Part shown: positions 13,301-26,100 of the stretch, piece by piece
How positions within the stretch are numbered: position 1 is the stretch's first letter
Layout of the letters: each line of letters opens with the position of its first letter
DNA from: Pristiophorus japonicus
Lineage: Eukaryota
Length of the DNA stretch: 64,000 nucleotides
Reading direction: 5' to 3'
NCBI RefSeq assembly: GCF_044704955.1
Contig: NC_091982.1
Span: 256,432,001-256,496,000 of the forward strand
Translations under genes and position numbers: made by a program
Notes under the pieces: model-generated
What the model was told of the DNA's origin: nothing
The model's input: the letters and a program-made list of their open reading frames with translations, nothing else
Databases searched by the model: none

Positions 13301-13620
13301 AAATATTGGAATAACTAGAAACTAACAACTGGAAACATTGTAGCTACTAGAAGCTAGCAACTGGAAACATTGAAACAACTGGAAATATTGCAACAGCTGG
13401 AAACATTGTAATAGCTAGAAACTAACAACTGGAAACATTGTAGCTACTAGAAACTAACAACTGGAAACATTGAAACTACTGGAAATATTGCAACAGCTGG
13501 AAACATTGTAACAGCTGAAAATTGTAACACTGAACATTTCAACAGCTGGAAACATTGAAACAACTGTAAAAATGGAAACAATTGGAAACATTGCAACAGC
13601 TGGAAACTGAAATGATTGCA
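10310..13620. repeat. Degenerate short-period tandem repeat (ctggaaaca/ttgtaacaa/ctagcaa subunits), interrupted by CR1 10420-12694
   Basis: The same motif occurs at 10310-10419 and 12695-13620. Confidence 0.9.
10420..12694 (+). mobile_element. 5'-truncated CR1 LINE (family B, TTCTTATG tail), frameshifted
   Basis: RT ORF fragments 10420-11295, 11385-11918, 11872-12204 and 12324-12572. Confidence 0.95.
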
Positions 13621-14067
13621 AACATTTATCTGCTCATTATCACATTGCTGTTTGTGGGAGCTTGTTTGTGCGCAAATTGGCTGCCCACATTACAACAGTG
13701 ACAACACTCCAAAAGTACTTAATTGGCTGCAAAGCGCTTTGAGACATCTGGTCGTAAAAGGCGCTATATAAATCCAAGTCTTTCTTTCCTTCATGCGGGG
13801 GTAGTGTCTCATCTCCATTTGCTCCCCACCTTGACACCATGGTGGTAAACCCTTAATCTGTTGCTCTGCTCAGGGTGCTAGTTCTTTGTGCATGCCACAC
13901 CAGAAACAGAACTCCCCAGTCTTTACAAAGTCAGTTGGAAGATGAATCTAATGGCGAAAAAATTCTGAGGTTTGACAAGTGGTAAGGACCATCCTTGTAT
14001 AGTCAGTATTTTAGCTGTGGTGCTTAGAATGCCATTGTGGCAAGGCTGCAGTTGGTGCTGCAGCAAG

Positions 14068-14312
14068 TGACATACGTCCTTACTATACAGTATAAATGCA
14101 CACGAGGCCCATGCTTGAGAGAAGGTCACTCTGTGACCTGTCCTTTATTCCTTAGCACTCAAGTGATGAAGGTGGTTGGAGCTTCCCCTTTTATACCTGA
14201 AGGTCCAGGTTAGGAGTGTCTCCCAAAAGTTCACCACCTAGTGGTCATTGTTCTCACAGTGTACAACTTGTCAGTTTATACATGGGTTACAATGCTGATT
14301 GAATACATGACA
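14068..14312 (-). mobile_element. Probable solo LTR
   Basis: TG..CA termini (TGTCATGTA on the minus strand), with TATAAAAG and AATAAA in order on the minus strand. No clear TSD. Confidence 0.45.
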
Positions 14313-14999
14313 CCATGATGGCCCCCCCTGGTAATCTCACACTGCTTAATCGCACACTGCTTCTCGCTGAACAGCAGGCATGAAGTTCTTATCTTGTACA
14401 CTGCTGGAGCGAGGCCTGCTGCAAGTTTGCCTCTTGCTGCCTCTTCACGCTGCAGCTGCAGGTCCTTGGACTCCAGCCTGCTCATCCTTCCAGTCACAAT
14501 GGCATTCCAAGCACCACTAGCATTGAATCTAAGTCCTCCATAGACCTACTTAATTACTTTCAAAAACAATTAATCTCAGTTCTCCATTTTTCCATCATTT
14601 TCAAAAAAGCAGTCATAGCACACTAGCAGTCAAAATAAAATGACCAGTGATTTACCCCAGAGCATCTGATGATACCGTTAAAATTTGCGAGAAATGGCAC
14701 TCTGCTGGCTATTGCCACCCATGATTTCAGTGACTGTTTTAGAATTGACAAATAGGATGCCAGAGATGTTCAAAGTGGCATTTGGATGCTTAAACAAGTG
14801 TAGGACCCTAACTTGTATGCTAAAATAGGTGTCCACCGAATTCAGGCGAGCGTGCTGGACATCTAAAAGGCCCTACCCAAAATGGCAACAGGTGAATTTT
14901 CAACGTGGAATGGGCATGTAAGCTAGCAACCTTATTTTGGGGGACAATCTCCTCATTTTAAAAAAAAAGTTAAATGGGTGTGCATGAGTTAAAAATTCT

Positions 15000-15505
15000 T
15001 GCTCCCATTGTGTCTAATTTTGAGCACCTTACTTTAGGAAAGATATCAATGCCCTGCAGATAAGATGATACTATGAATGAAAAGTTTTAGCTATGAGGAA
15101 AAAAATGGGGTTCTTTTCATTAGAATTAAGAAGGTTAAAAGGAGATCTGATAGAAGTGTTTATGAGGGGTTTTAATAAGGTAAATAGAGAAAAACTATTT
15201 CCACTGGATAGTGATTCAGTAACGAGAGAATGAATTTAAGGTCATCACCAAAAGGATAAAGGGAGTGGTTAGGAGAATTTATTTTCAAGTAGATGATTGG
15301 TACTATCCTACCAAGAACAGTGGTGGAAGCAGCATACATAATCGCTTTCAAAAGCAAAGTGGATAAAGGTTTGAAAGAGAAAAACTTTTTAAAGGGTATG
15401 GGGAAAGGGCAGAACATGGGGCTAAGTGAATAGCTCTTTCAGAGAGCCAGCATAGGCCCAATGGGTTGAATGGTTTCCTACTGTGCTTAATAATTTGATT
15501 CTATG
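15000..15505 (+). mobile_element. Old CR1 3' fragment
   Basis: Degenerate similarity to the CR1 ORF2 end and 3'UTR. Confidence 0.55.
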
Positions 15506-16385
15506 GTCATAGTCAGCTAGCTCCTGGTAGTCTAGACCTACACATTCATACGGATCTCCTAGGATGTCTGCGTTGTACATGATGATGATGATGATGATGA
15601 CCCTGCTTGTTGACTGAGCCTTGGATAATGAACATGTGCAACATAAATAGATGATAATTAACTCGGCCACTATTTGCCAGCATTAGCATTGTAGCTTTTT
15701 ATTATTTTGCGAGTGTTGGAAAACTAGTCTGTCACTATTCACCGGATCCAGATACATAGTAAATAATAACACTGGAATAGTCTTCTAAGTAGGGTAGTGG
15801 AGACCAAAGCACTGAAATAATTCAAGAGATGCTGTGATGGGGGTTACCGTGGGTTTCTATAACAGGATGAGCTACATGATCCAAATGGCCTTGCTCATCT
15901 TTGTGATCTTTGAATCATTAAAAACTTTGCCATAAAATCAAACAAAACTTTGAATTAATTATAGAACTTTGTAGTTACTTGATTAAAAGGGGGTCCTGAT
16001 GGTGAAACTCTCAGCTTAACATAAATGTCTGTATGTATAATCATCCCTATTAGCCTACATAAACAAGTAGCAGCAAAATAGTGAACTGTAACAGCAGGCC
16101 AAGCTCATGGGCATTACACTCTTCAGGTTAAATCATACTTTCTCCAGCAGGGCGCACTTGTCTCTTTATGGTCTCCTGCTAAAGCATCCCTGACTGGAAA
16201 TAAGCCAAAAAAAAAAGGTTCAGGGCTGATGTGAACCAGCAACAGACAGTTCTGCTGGCTTGGAAACTCCAAAGACCCATCAATTTATAGAGACGTCTGT
16301 GTATTGGATATTTCCTCCATCTTCTAATTAATAACTGAAAAAAAAAATAAAACAGCAAGGGTGATCCTTGCAACTTGCTGGAATC

Positions 16386-17889
16386 TCAGGATCTTTGCAC
16401 AACTAGATTCACCATTTGCAGGATCAGGTTCAGCTGGTGTCTCCTGATTATCAAAAGCTGTGCAGCATGCAGCACACCACAACTAATTCGGAGACCTGTT
16501 GAGGGGAATATTGAAGGCTGCCTCCAGAGTGGTCCAGGCATCGGAAACGTTGCTTGAGTACCCCAAGTGTCTGTTCGATGATGTTCAATGGCTGCATGGC
16601 TGTCATTATAGCGCTGTGGTGGGGTTTCGGAGGAGGGAGGGGGGAGGTCATGAGCCAGGTGGCCAAGCTGTAACCTTTGTCCTTGATCAGCCAGCCCTGC
16701 CCTTAGTCGCTGAAACATTTGTGGCACACTTCTCTCACGCAAGATGAGAGCAGAGTGTGCACTGCCTGGATAGTGGGCATTGACTGTGAGGATGCATTGC
16801 GTGTGGTTGCAGACCAGCTGGATGTTTAGGGAGTGGTAACCCGTTTGGTTTCTGAACACCTCTGCATTGTATAATGGTGCTCGCAAGGCGACGTGTGTGC
16901 AGTCAATGGCTCCTTGAACCTTCGGAAAGCCTGCAATTCTTCCAAATCCTGAAGCCCTCTCATTCTGGATGTCCCTGCTCATTGGGAACTTTATGAAATT
17001 CATTCTGCAGGTGTACAGTTCCCTTGTAACTTGGCGAACGCAGCTATGTGCAACGTGTTGAGTATATTGCATATGTCCCCTGCTGCTGCCTGGAAGGAGC
17101 CAGAAGCCTAGAAGGCCAGCGCTGCAGTCACCTTCACCTTGATGGGCAGTGCAGCCCTGTTGGCGCTGGTAGGCTGTAGGTCTGCCTGTAGGAGCTGGCA
17201 TATCTCTGTTAGCACTTCTTTTCAGAAGCACAGCCTTCTAACGTACTGCGCCTCAGAGGGATGGCGGTATGAGCGATGTTCCCTGTAAACCCACGGGAGA
17301 TAAGGCATCCTCCCCACACGTCTTCGAATCCGTGGCCCAACATGGCCGAGAACCCTTCTTCCCCTGCTTGAAGCCGCCTGCCAATAGCTACCAGCATGAT
17401 ACACTAGCAAACTAGTACTGCCCCCATTGAAATCTCTCAGTGGCCTTGCAAGCAAAGTGTCACGGCACATAACGGTGCCGTTTGCAACTCGGAGCCTCAT
17501 GCAGTGTGCTGCGTGCAACCGTAGCAGTCACTGACAACTGCGATATAAAATCCTCCAGCCTTCGTTTAAATATGCTGCCAATAGCATCTGCTGCACCCTG
17601 GGACTGCCTGGTTTTTTCAGGCGTTTCCTGGGGCGGATGTTAAATGAGGTGTTACGGCCGAAAGTTTCATCCGGAGCACTAGTGCAACCTTGCACGACGA
17701 TTGACATCATCATCATGCTAAAAACAGAGTGGGGGTGGGGGTATAATACGTTTTTGCACTGGCACTAATCAGTAGCCGATTCTACCGGCCGGGCGGTAAA
17801 TCCTGGATGCCCGACGTTACGCTCAAAAACAGCATTTAACACCCCATGGGGGCACTAACCGAGGTACAAATGAGCCGAAAATCCAGCCC
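16386..17889 (-). mobile_element. Decayed PIF/Harbinger transposon (HARBI1-like DDE transposase, frameshifted)
   Basis: GFPKVQGAIDCTHV, YHSLNIQLVC, YPGSAH and IEQTLGVLKQRFRCL motifs. Terminal GGGCTGGATTTT at 17889. Confidence 0.85.
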
Positions 17890-18154
17890 AAAATGTCTAT
17901 ACTTAAGTGTGAGCACTGCTTAAACAACCTAATGATGTTAATAATTCAATACAGTGAGTTAGAACTAAGAGACCTGTAGAGTTCACCGTAAACACAACTG
18001 CATCACAATGTTACTTTAAGAAAAGTCCTCGAGCTTAATCTTTGAGCTAATATTTAACCACAACATTTTAAAAATCAATCACCCGAAATGGTTGTAATTC
18101 ATTAGTCTCAGAGTTCCAGCTGCCTTTTACTGCTGTACTTGCAAGAGATTGGGA

Positions 18155-18325
18155 ATGCCTTGCTTCACGCTGTTTAATGGCTCTTGTCTCCTGGCTTTGA
18201 GCATTTTGGCTATTATCCTGAACATGATACCTTTAATTGTGGACTACCATGATGGCCAGTTGTTTCAGAACTCCATATCATGTTATGAATGGTGGCTACC
18301 TGGTGTTTTTGGAGGTGGGATCTTG
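18155..18325 (+). CDS. TM4SF20: Transmembrane 4 L six family member 20, exon 1
   Basis: MPCFTLFNG..LNMIPLIV..QNSISCYEWWLPG matches recalled human NAIPLIV..QNPISCFEWWFPG. TTG|GTAAGT donor. Confidence 0.9.
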
Positions 18326-19417
18326 GTAAGTAAGGTATTGTACAGCAGAGCAAGGAGTGGAAACTTCTTGTAAGGTTTTAATATATTTATGTTTTCGTCC
18401 ATAGAGTGATTGAATTAAAAATGTTCTAATACTAGACGAGGACTGGGACAAGGACCAGAACCAGTGTAGGTTCTTGACTGGGAGTATGGTATATTTAAGA
18501 AGCAAGAATACTGCTGTTGGACAGTGAACAGTACACTGTAGGGGCTGGCAACTCTTGAATAGTCATTTCATACTGGAATAAAATGACTTCCAGTGAAAAT
18601 ATTAAGCCAGTATTCTAGTATCTTATTCAGTTCCAAAGTAGGTGACAATTGTAAAGGTGTTATCTAAACAGAGATGCTGCATGTCTATGTTTTAGTAAAG
18701 TATATTTCCAATTGTTTTTTGAAAAGAGAAAGTACGAACTATGTAAAACAATAAATTACTGGAAATCTGAAACAAAACCAGAAAATTCTGCACACGCTCG
18801 GCAAGTCAGGCAGCATCTGTAAAGAACGGATACATGTTGATGTTTCAGTCTTGGACCTTCATATTATGAAAATAAAAACATTGTAGTCTTGTGAAAATGG
18901 TAATTAGATATCAGCCCTCCAGACAGGGAACCTGGCGTGTCTTCCTGTGGGTCCTTCCGCATGGGTACTTGAGGCATGAGACAACTCTGACTCTCTGGTT
19001 CTAGCAACAGGACATATCTATAGGGGCCGCAGTCCAATTAAATTTAGCACTTTTTGTCCTTAGATGTCTTTGAAAGCAATATTTAGCTAGAAAATGTTTT
19101 AACTTTGATTTGCAGCATAGTTGGAGCATTTCTCCCATAGTACCATGTGGCTAAAATTGATTGCAGGAAATAGATAAGGAAGAGAAAGACTTGCATTTAT
19201 ATAGCGCCTTTCTTGACCATCGGACGTCTCAAAGCGCTTTACTGCCAATTAAGTACTTTTGGAGTGTAGCCACTGTTGTAATGTTATAAGGAGGTAAAAA
19301 CAAGAACAAAATTGAAAATTCAATCAGTTCCACACCCACTCAGATGATTTCTATTTTACCTTACTTCGGCCTCAGTGCCAGGGCTATATCTGGCTACATT
19401 CTGTTCAATCAGAAATC

Positions 19418-19560
19418 TAGACATAGACATAGAACATAGACATAGAAAATAGGTGCAGGAGTAGGCCATTCGGCCCTTCGAGCCTGCACCGCCATTCAAT
19501 GAGTTCATGGCTGAACATGCAACCTCAGTACCCCATTCCTGCTTTCTCGCCATACCCCAT
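19418..19560 (-). mobile_element. CR1 family A 3' tail fragment
   Basis: Matches the 3'UTR of the copies at 7250 and 55746. Confidence 0.85.
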
Positions 19561-19676
19561 AGACATCAATCTGTTTATTCCTGTTGAATATTTTTAAGGC
19601 AGTCTGTTCCACAAATTAGCAATTCCAAAATAGTTATTTCTAAACACCTGTCTGTTTTGGCTCTGATTTGATGCAG

Positions 19677-19742
19677 GTTATTCCAGTTGTATCCATGTCT
19701 TTGGCAGCACGGAAGGGACACACATGCAACACCAGAACAGGG
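19677..19742 (+). CDS. TM4SF20: TM4SF20 exon 2
   Basis: VIPVVSMSLAARKGHTCNTRTG; AG acceptor and GTAGGT donor, 66 nt. Confidence 0.9.
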
Positions 19743-19874
19743 GTAGGTGCAGAAATTAACGCAAAGCACTCGGTCAATAACAATTGAATTTTCTTTATAA
19801 CTTTAATAATAAAAAAACCCATCATTCATTCCATAAACATTCTTAATCTTCCCATTCTGTGTTCTGACTTTCAG

Positions 19875-20026
19875 CTCCTGCTGTCGGCACTTCTCGGTCT
19901 GGTCAGTGTTATTGGAGCTTTGTACTGTGTATTGGTCTCACTCCATTCCCTTGTCAAGGGACCACTGGTCTGCAATACAGCAAGTCACAGTCTGCAAAAC
20001 TGCAACTTCTCAATGGAAGACATAAA
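19875..20026 (+). CDS. TM4SF20: TM4SF20 exon 3 (GC donor)
   Basis: LLLSALLGLVSVIGALYCVLVSLHSLVKGPLVCN..CNFSMEDI; the phase-2 donor AA|GCAAGT is required to keep frame. Confidence 0.85.
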
Positions 20027-21018
20027 GCAAGTATACTTTTATTAGCTATTATAACAATTGATCAATCAAATATTGGCACAAGGACACCTGCAGAACACTG
20101 ACACTGCATATACAACTCTTAGTCCAGTTTTCTCCACAACCTGGACTGTACAACTCTTGGTTTATTTGAACTTTTGGCTCTGATGGTTACTTGCGATGTA
20201 TTATGGTTTTAGCATAACTTAAACCAATAATCAATTTGTTCTATAAAAAAAAGCCTTTAAATTAAGAATGGGGTGTAACATTCTGGTTGCCAAGCAACAA
20301 AGGAGACATTCAAGGACTAGACCAGTGCAGAGAAGACCCACACGACCGACAGTGTTACTGTCCCCACCATGAGAAAGGCTATCATACAGCGAAGGTGCGT
20401 GAGCTGATTTGGGATGTCGCCTTTTAGCTGGCAGCCTGAAAGCAGGTCCCCAACAACACAAGACGAAGGGCCAATTACTTTGTATTTTGTTGAGCGAAGA
20501 ACGTTTTTCGGGACAGCAGGAGAACACCCTACTCTTCAAACCGTATCATGGCATTTTTTTTATATCCATCTGAACATGCAGGGTCACAGCTTAACATCTC
20601 ATCCAGTGTACGGATACATAACTGTGATAGCTCACAAACTGGATTCCCAATCTGAATTGTGGCACTGTCCCCAGGACGAGGATGAGAAAATTCGAACTTA
20701 AATTAACAGCAACTTGTTTTTTTAAACGGTGAAGTGGTGTTCTGGGTGGTACCGCTTGATTTAATTTTGTTGAGGTTGCTCCCGTTTGATTTAATCCCTG
20801 CATCTATATATCTAGGTGTTTCCCATTAAGGCATGAAAAACAAATCAGAAGTCCTCCTATGCTATTCTGTGCACCAGCTCCTGACACTGGCAGAGACCTG
20901 CCCACATGCTCAGCCCAATCTATGTTGCAGCTGAGCATGTGGGAAAACTAGTGGAAAATATAAAAGGATACACAAAAACAAAGTGTACATTATATTAATA
21001 AAAATCATTTTTTTCTAG

Positions 21019-21355
21019 GTCTCTTTCAAATCTCAAGTTTGATTTGAAGTGGTTTCTGGACGACACATGTGGAATTAACCAAACTGCCTTTCAAACTGTA
21101 CCAACTGATCTACCAGGTACCAATTTTTCCAACGTTCCTATCAATAAATTAACAGTTTCCGGCACGAATGCCGCACCAACTGGCCCTACCTTCGAGATGG
21201 ATGCAGGGTTGCAAAAGACGATTCACATGATCACTTTCACCGGACTCTTTTTGGTTGGGATCCTAGAAGTGATAGTCAGTGTGCTGCAAATAATCGTTGG
21301 AGTTTGCGGCTGTATCTGCGGGTCATCCAAGAGGAGGCGCAGTAGACCCGTGTAA
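21019..21355 (+). CDS. TM4SF20: TM4SF20 exon 4 (terminal)
   Basis: FDLKWFLDDTC...IHMITFTGLFLVGILEV..QIIVGVCGCICGSSKRRRSRPV*; polypyrimidine tract plus AG acceptor. Confidence 0.92.
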
Positions 21356-21756
21356 TAGACCCGCAGCCAGATCATCACTGCCCACAATCGCAAAGAAATT
21401 CTGCTGTGGAAACAAAAACAATGGCGTATTTTACTGAATGTACTCTAAACAAGTTTGTGAAAAATTAATTGTACAAAAAAATTCACGTTTTGGCTAATTT
21501 ACTTCCCCTCCATTGAAACCTCTTACACGCTGAACTATTGAATGAGTATCATTGTTACAACCACAAAAGTATCTGATTATATGTAAACTTATACAATTCA
21601 TATATAACAAGTGTTGACTCTAGAACAATCTCTCACAAGAGCTTTGTTATTGCTTTGTATGAAACTGATCAAAAAGTAGATAAGGTAGCTCTCGCAGTTG
21701 ATAGAAATCTAGTTTTCGGTTGTGGTAGGTTTTCATCTATTGTTTTTCTAAAGCAG

Positions 21757-21762
21757 AATAAA
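21757..21762 (+). terminator. Candidate TM4SF20 polyadenylation signal AATAAA
   Basis: AATAAA about 400 nt after the stop codon. Confidence 0.55.
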
Positions 21763-21879
21763 GCACCGGTTTTAGCATCTGTTACTTATAACTGAATACT
21801 ATTTCTTAAATTCCTACTGTGGTACTAAAACCTAGAGTTTCAATAAGCAGACAAGATTACGATAGTATTCTATTCAATC

Positions 21880-23021
21880 TTTCTCGCCGCAATTCTCCAC
21901 CTCAGAGTCAACAAGCTCCCCGCTGGAGTGGAACTAAACTACAGAACCAGTGGGAACCTGTTCAACCTGCGCCGTCTCCAGGCCAGATCCAAGATCACCC
22001 CAACCTCTGTCGTCAAGCTACAGTACACGGACGATGCCTGTGTCTGCGCACATACAGAAGATGCACTCCAGGACATAGTCAACGTATTTACTGAGGCGTA
22101 CGAAAGCATGGGCCTTATGCTAAACAGAAGTCAAAGGTCCTCCACCAGCCTGTCCTCACCGCACAGCACTGCCCCCAGTCATCAAGATCCACAGCCCGGC
22201 CCTGGACACCATGGACCACTTCCCATATCTCGTGAGCCTCCTATCAACAAGAGCAGACATCGACGACGAGATCCAACACCACCTCCAGTGCGCCAGTGCA
22301 GCCTTCGGCTGCCTGAGGAAAAGAGTTTTTGAAGACCAGGCCCTCAAAACTGCCACCAAGCTCATGGTCTACAGGGCTGTAGTAATACCCGCTCTCCTGT
22401 ATGGCTCAGAGACATGGACCATGTACAGTAGACACCTCAAGTTGCTGGAGAAATATCACCAATGATGTCTCCGCAAGACCCTACAAATCCCCTGGGAGGA
22501 CAGACGCACCAACATCAGCGTCCTCATTCAGGCTAACATCCCCAGTATTGAAGCACTGACCACACTCGATCAGCTCCGCTGGGCAGGCCACATAGTTCGC
22601 ATACCAGACACGAGACTCCCAAAGCACGTGCTCTACTCGGAGCTCCTTCACGGCAAACGAGCCAAAGGTGGGCAGTGGAAACGCTACAAGGATATCCTCA
22701 AAGCCTCCCTGATAAAGTGCAACATCTCCACTGACACCTGGGAGTCCCTGGCCCAAGACCGCCCTAAGCGGAGGAAGTGCATTCAGGAGGGCGCTGAGCA
22801 CCTCGAGTCTCGTCACCGAGAGCATGCAGAAATCAAGCGCAGACAGCGGAAAGAGCATGCGGCAAACCAGTCCCACCCACCCTTTCCTTCAATGACTATC
22901 TGCCCCACCTGTGACAGAGTCTGTGGTTCTCGTGTTGGACTGTTCAGCCACCAAAGAACTCACTTCAGGAGTGGAAGCAAGTCTTCCTCGACTCCGAGGG
23001 ACTGCCTATGATGATGATGAG
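21880..23021 (+). mobile_element. RTE-clade LINE, 5'-truncated, (ATG)n tail
   Basis: LQYTDD RT motif, LLYGSETW, QLRWAGH and the C2H2-like end; tail atgatgatgatga. Confidence 0.92.
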
Positions 23022-23410
23022 ATAGTATTATACCAATAACATTATTAAGGTGGCATTATAATGGAGAACCTTACATTGAGGGTAGAATGTAACTGATTCT
23101 GTAACCACTGCCCGTGTTGAGAGCAATGTGGACAATACATACTACTGGCACACGATCGAAGTCAAAAGGCTCTACATCCGAGTTTACAGGTTCCAAAAGG
23201 ACTAGCGCGCTTGACTTCATTAAGACTTCATTAATGCATGCCACTTTAGCACCCACTGATACCAATGGAAGTAGACAAAAACTGAACAAGGTGGTAGCAG
23301 ATGTAACAACTTGCATTTATATAGCGCCTTTAATGTAGTAAAAGATCCCACGGTGTTTCACAGGAAAATTATAAAACAAAATTTGACGCCAAGCCACATA
23401 AAAAGATATT

Positions 23411-23945
23411 GGGACAAAAATTCCGGCCTCGCCGGGTCTGTATGAAGTGCACACGGACCCAGCGAGGCCTCAAAACCAGCGTAAGAATTTTAAAACATAT
23501 AAAAATTACATTTAAACACTCATTTTTATGTTAAAAACCCTGTCCATTAAAGTAAGTTTATTTTAACCCTATTAAAACATATTTAAAAAATTCCAAAAAA
23601 TAATTTCCTTTTTCATAAAATATTTAATTACATTTCATTTCAATTAATTTCAAATATGAGTGTTTTTAAATTTATTATGCTGTGTTTCTTGTTTTAGGAG
23701 GGTTTTTCTTATTGATAGTAATGGGAGCTCGTACAGAGCTCCCATTTTTATCAATGAGAATACTGCATAGTGATTGGTGGTCCAGGCCCACGTCACTCGA
23801 GTATTTCCGTACGTATGGGGAAGCATTGAATGAAGGCCTCCGACCGGAATCAAAGGTGCCTTCGTGACCACCAGGTAATTTTGCTACATTTTTTCGGGTC
23901 GAAGGCGTTTGTCCGAAGGAAGCCTCTGACCTCAATTTTCTCCCC
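23411..23945. mobile_element. Non-autonomous Harbinger-like MITE inside an L2 3' tail
   Basis: Imperfect TIRs gggacaaaaatt/aattttctcccc and 3-bp TSD ATT. Related to 49990-52420. Confidence 0.7.
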
Positions 23946-24559
23946 ATTAGGGCAGGTGACCAAAAGCTTGGTCAAAGAGTTAGGTTTTAAGGAGCGTCTT
24001 AAAAGATAAAAGAGTGGAAGAGTTGCAGAGGTTTAGGGAGGGAATTTCAGAGCGGAGGTCCTCGACAGCTGAAGGCTGAAGGCACACGTTGGACACATCC
24101 TTCTCTGACTTTAAGTGCTTCTTTATGTCAGGATCCAGCTGCAAAGCACCACCACTAATATATGCACATTTGACATCAAGCAACACCTGTCTACTCTTGA
24201 GAATAATCTTAAAGTACTTGTGTTCTTTATTTTTGCCCAGTAGAACTTGTTGGAAAGCAAAATCTCTCAGGTTTTGGCTTGCAAGAACGAGAGAAGTTTC
24301 CATACTACGATGTGCAAAATTTGCAGTGGTCACAGCTTGAAGATAACCTTTGCTACCACCAATTTTAATCCAGAATCAAAGATTTACTGCTAGTAGTTAA
24401 ACATTGCCATGTGGGCAAAATAATACATACAAAGACTAAACTTTAAACTACCTGCTGGAAAAATCAACAGAACTGCAATGAGATCTTTTTAGGAGGCAGC
24501 AACACCAAGATTGCAGCTTAATACCAGAGATTGGTTCATGGGACATTAATATTCATAAT

Positions 24560-26100
24560 AACTTTTATTTATATAGCACCTTTAACATTGTAAAATGTCC
24601 CAAGGTGCTTCACAGCAGTGTTACAAGACAAAACAGATAAATTTGACACCGAGCCACAAAAGAATAAATTAAGGCAGATGACCAAAAGCTTGGTTAAAGA
24701 GGTAGGTTTTAAGGAGCGTCTTAAAAGGAGGAAAGAAAAGTGGAGAGGCGGAGAGGTTTAGGGAGGGAGTTCCAGAGCTTGGGGCCCAAACAGCTGAAGG
24801 CACAGCCACCAATGGTTGAGCAGTTATAATGAGGGATGTTCAAGAAGGCAGAATTTGAGGAGCGCAGACATCCTGTGGGGTTGTGAGGCTGAAAAAGATT
24901 AGAGATAGGGAGGGGCGAGGCCATGGAGTGACTTGTAAACAAGGATGAGAACTTTGAAATCGAGGCGTTGTTTAACCAGGAGTTCAGAAAGCACAGGGGT
25001 GATGGTGATCATGACGCGGTGCGAGTTAGGACACGGGCTGCTGAGTTTTAGATGACCTCAAGTTTACGTAGTGTGGAATGTGGGAGGCCAGCCAGGAGTG
25101 AGTTGGAGTAGTCAAGTCTAGAGGTAACAAAGGCATGAATGAGGGTTTCAGCAGCAGAAGAGCTGAGGCAGGGACGGAGGCGGGCAATGTTACGGAGGTG
25201 GAATCAGATGGTTTTAGTTATGCAACGAATATGTGGCTGGAAACTCATTTCAGGGTCAAATATGACACCTAGGTTGCGAACTGTCTTGTTCACCCTCAGA
25301 TTGATGCTAAGGAAAGGGATGGTATCAGTGGTTAGGGAACGCAGTTTGAGGCACGGACCAAAGATAACGGCTTCAGTCTTCCCAATATTTAATTGGAGAA
25401 AATTTCTGCTCATCCGGTACTGAATGTTAGACAAGCAATCTGCCAATTTAGATACCAAGCAGAGGTCGAGAGAAGTGGTGGAGAGGTAGAGCTGGGTGTC
25501 GTCCGCGTACATGTGGAAACTGATTCCGTATTTTCAGATATCACCAAGGGGCAGCATACAGATGAGAAATAAGAGGGGGCCAATGACAGATCCTCGGGGG
25601 ACACCAGAGGTAGTGATGCAGGAGTGGGAAGAGAAACCATTGTCGGAGATTTTCTGGCTACGATTAGATAGATAAGAATGGAACTAGGCAAGTGCATTTC
25701 CACATAGCTGGACGATGGTGGAGAGTCGTTGGAGGAGGGTGGAGTGGTCAACCGTGTCAAAGGCTGCAGACAGGTCGAGAAGGACGAGGAGGGATAGTTT
25801 ACCTTTGTCATACTCACAAAGGATGTAATTTGTGACTTTGGTGAGAGCCCTTTGGCAGGGGTGAAAACAAGATTGAAGGAATTCAAACATTGACTTTATG
25901 GAAAGATGGTCACGGATTTAGGAGGTGACAACACGTTCAAGTATTTTAGACTGGAAAGGGAGGTTGGAGATGGGATGATAGCAAGCAAAGTGGGGTCAAA
26001 GGTTGTTTTTTGAGAGGGGTGATGACAGCAGATTTGAAGGAGAGGGTAATAGTACTTGGAGAGAGAATCATTAGCAATGTCAATCATATATCAGTCAGGG
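24560..26100 (-). mobile_element. L2-clade LINE fragment
   Basis: LLDLSAAFDTVDH, YADDTQLY, LNIGKTE and KLWNSLP motifs. Confidence 0.88.

Noticed and set aside
16386-17231. Domesticated HARBI1 gene
   Set aside because: It has frameshifts, a degenerate motif (GSAHS in place of the usual GSxHD) and a transposon terminus nearby.
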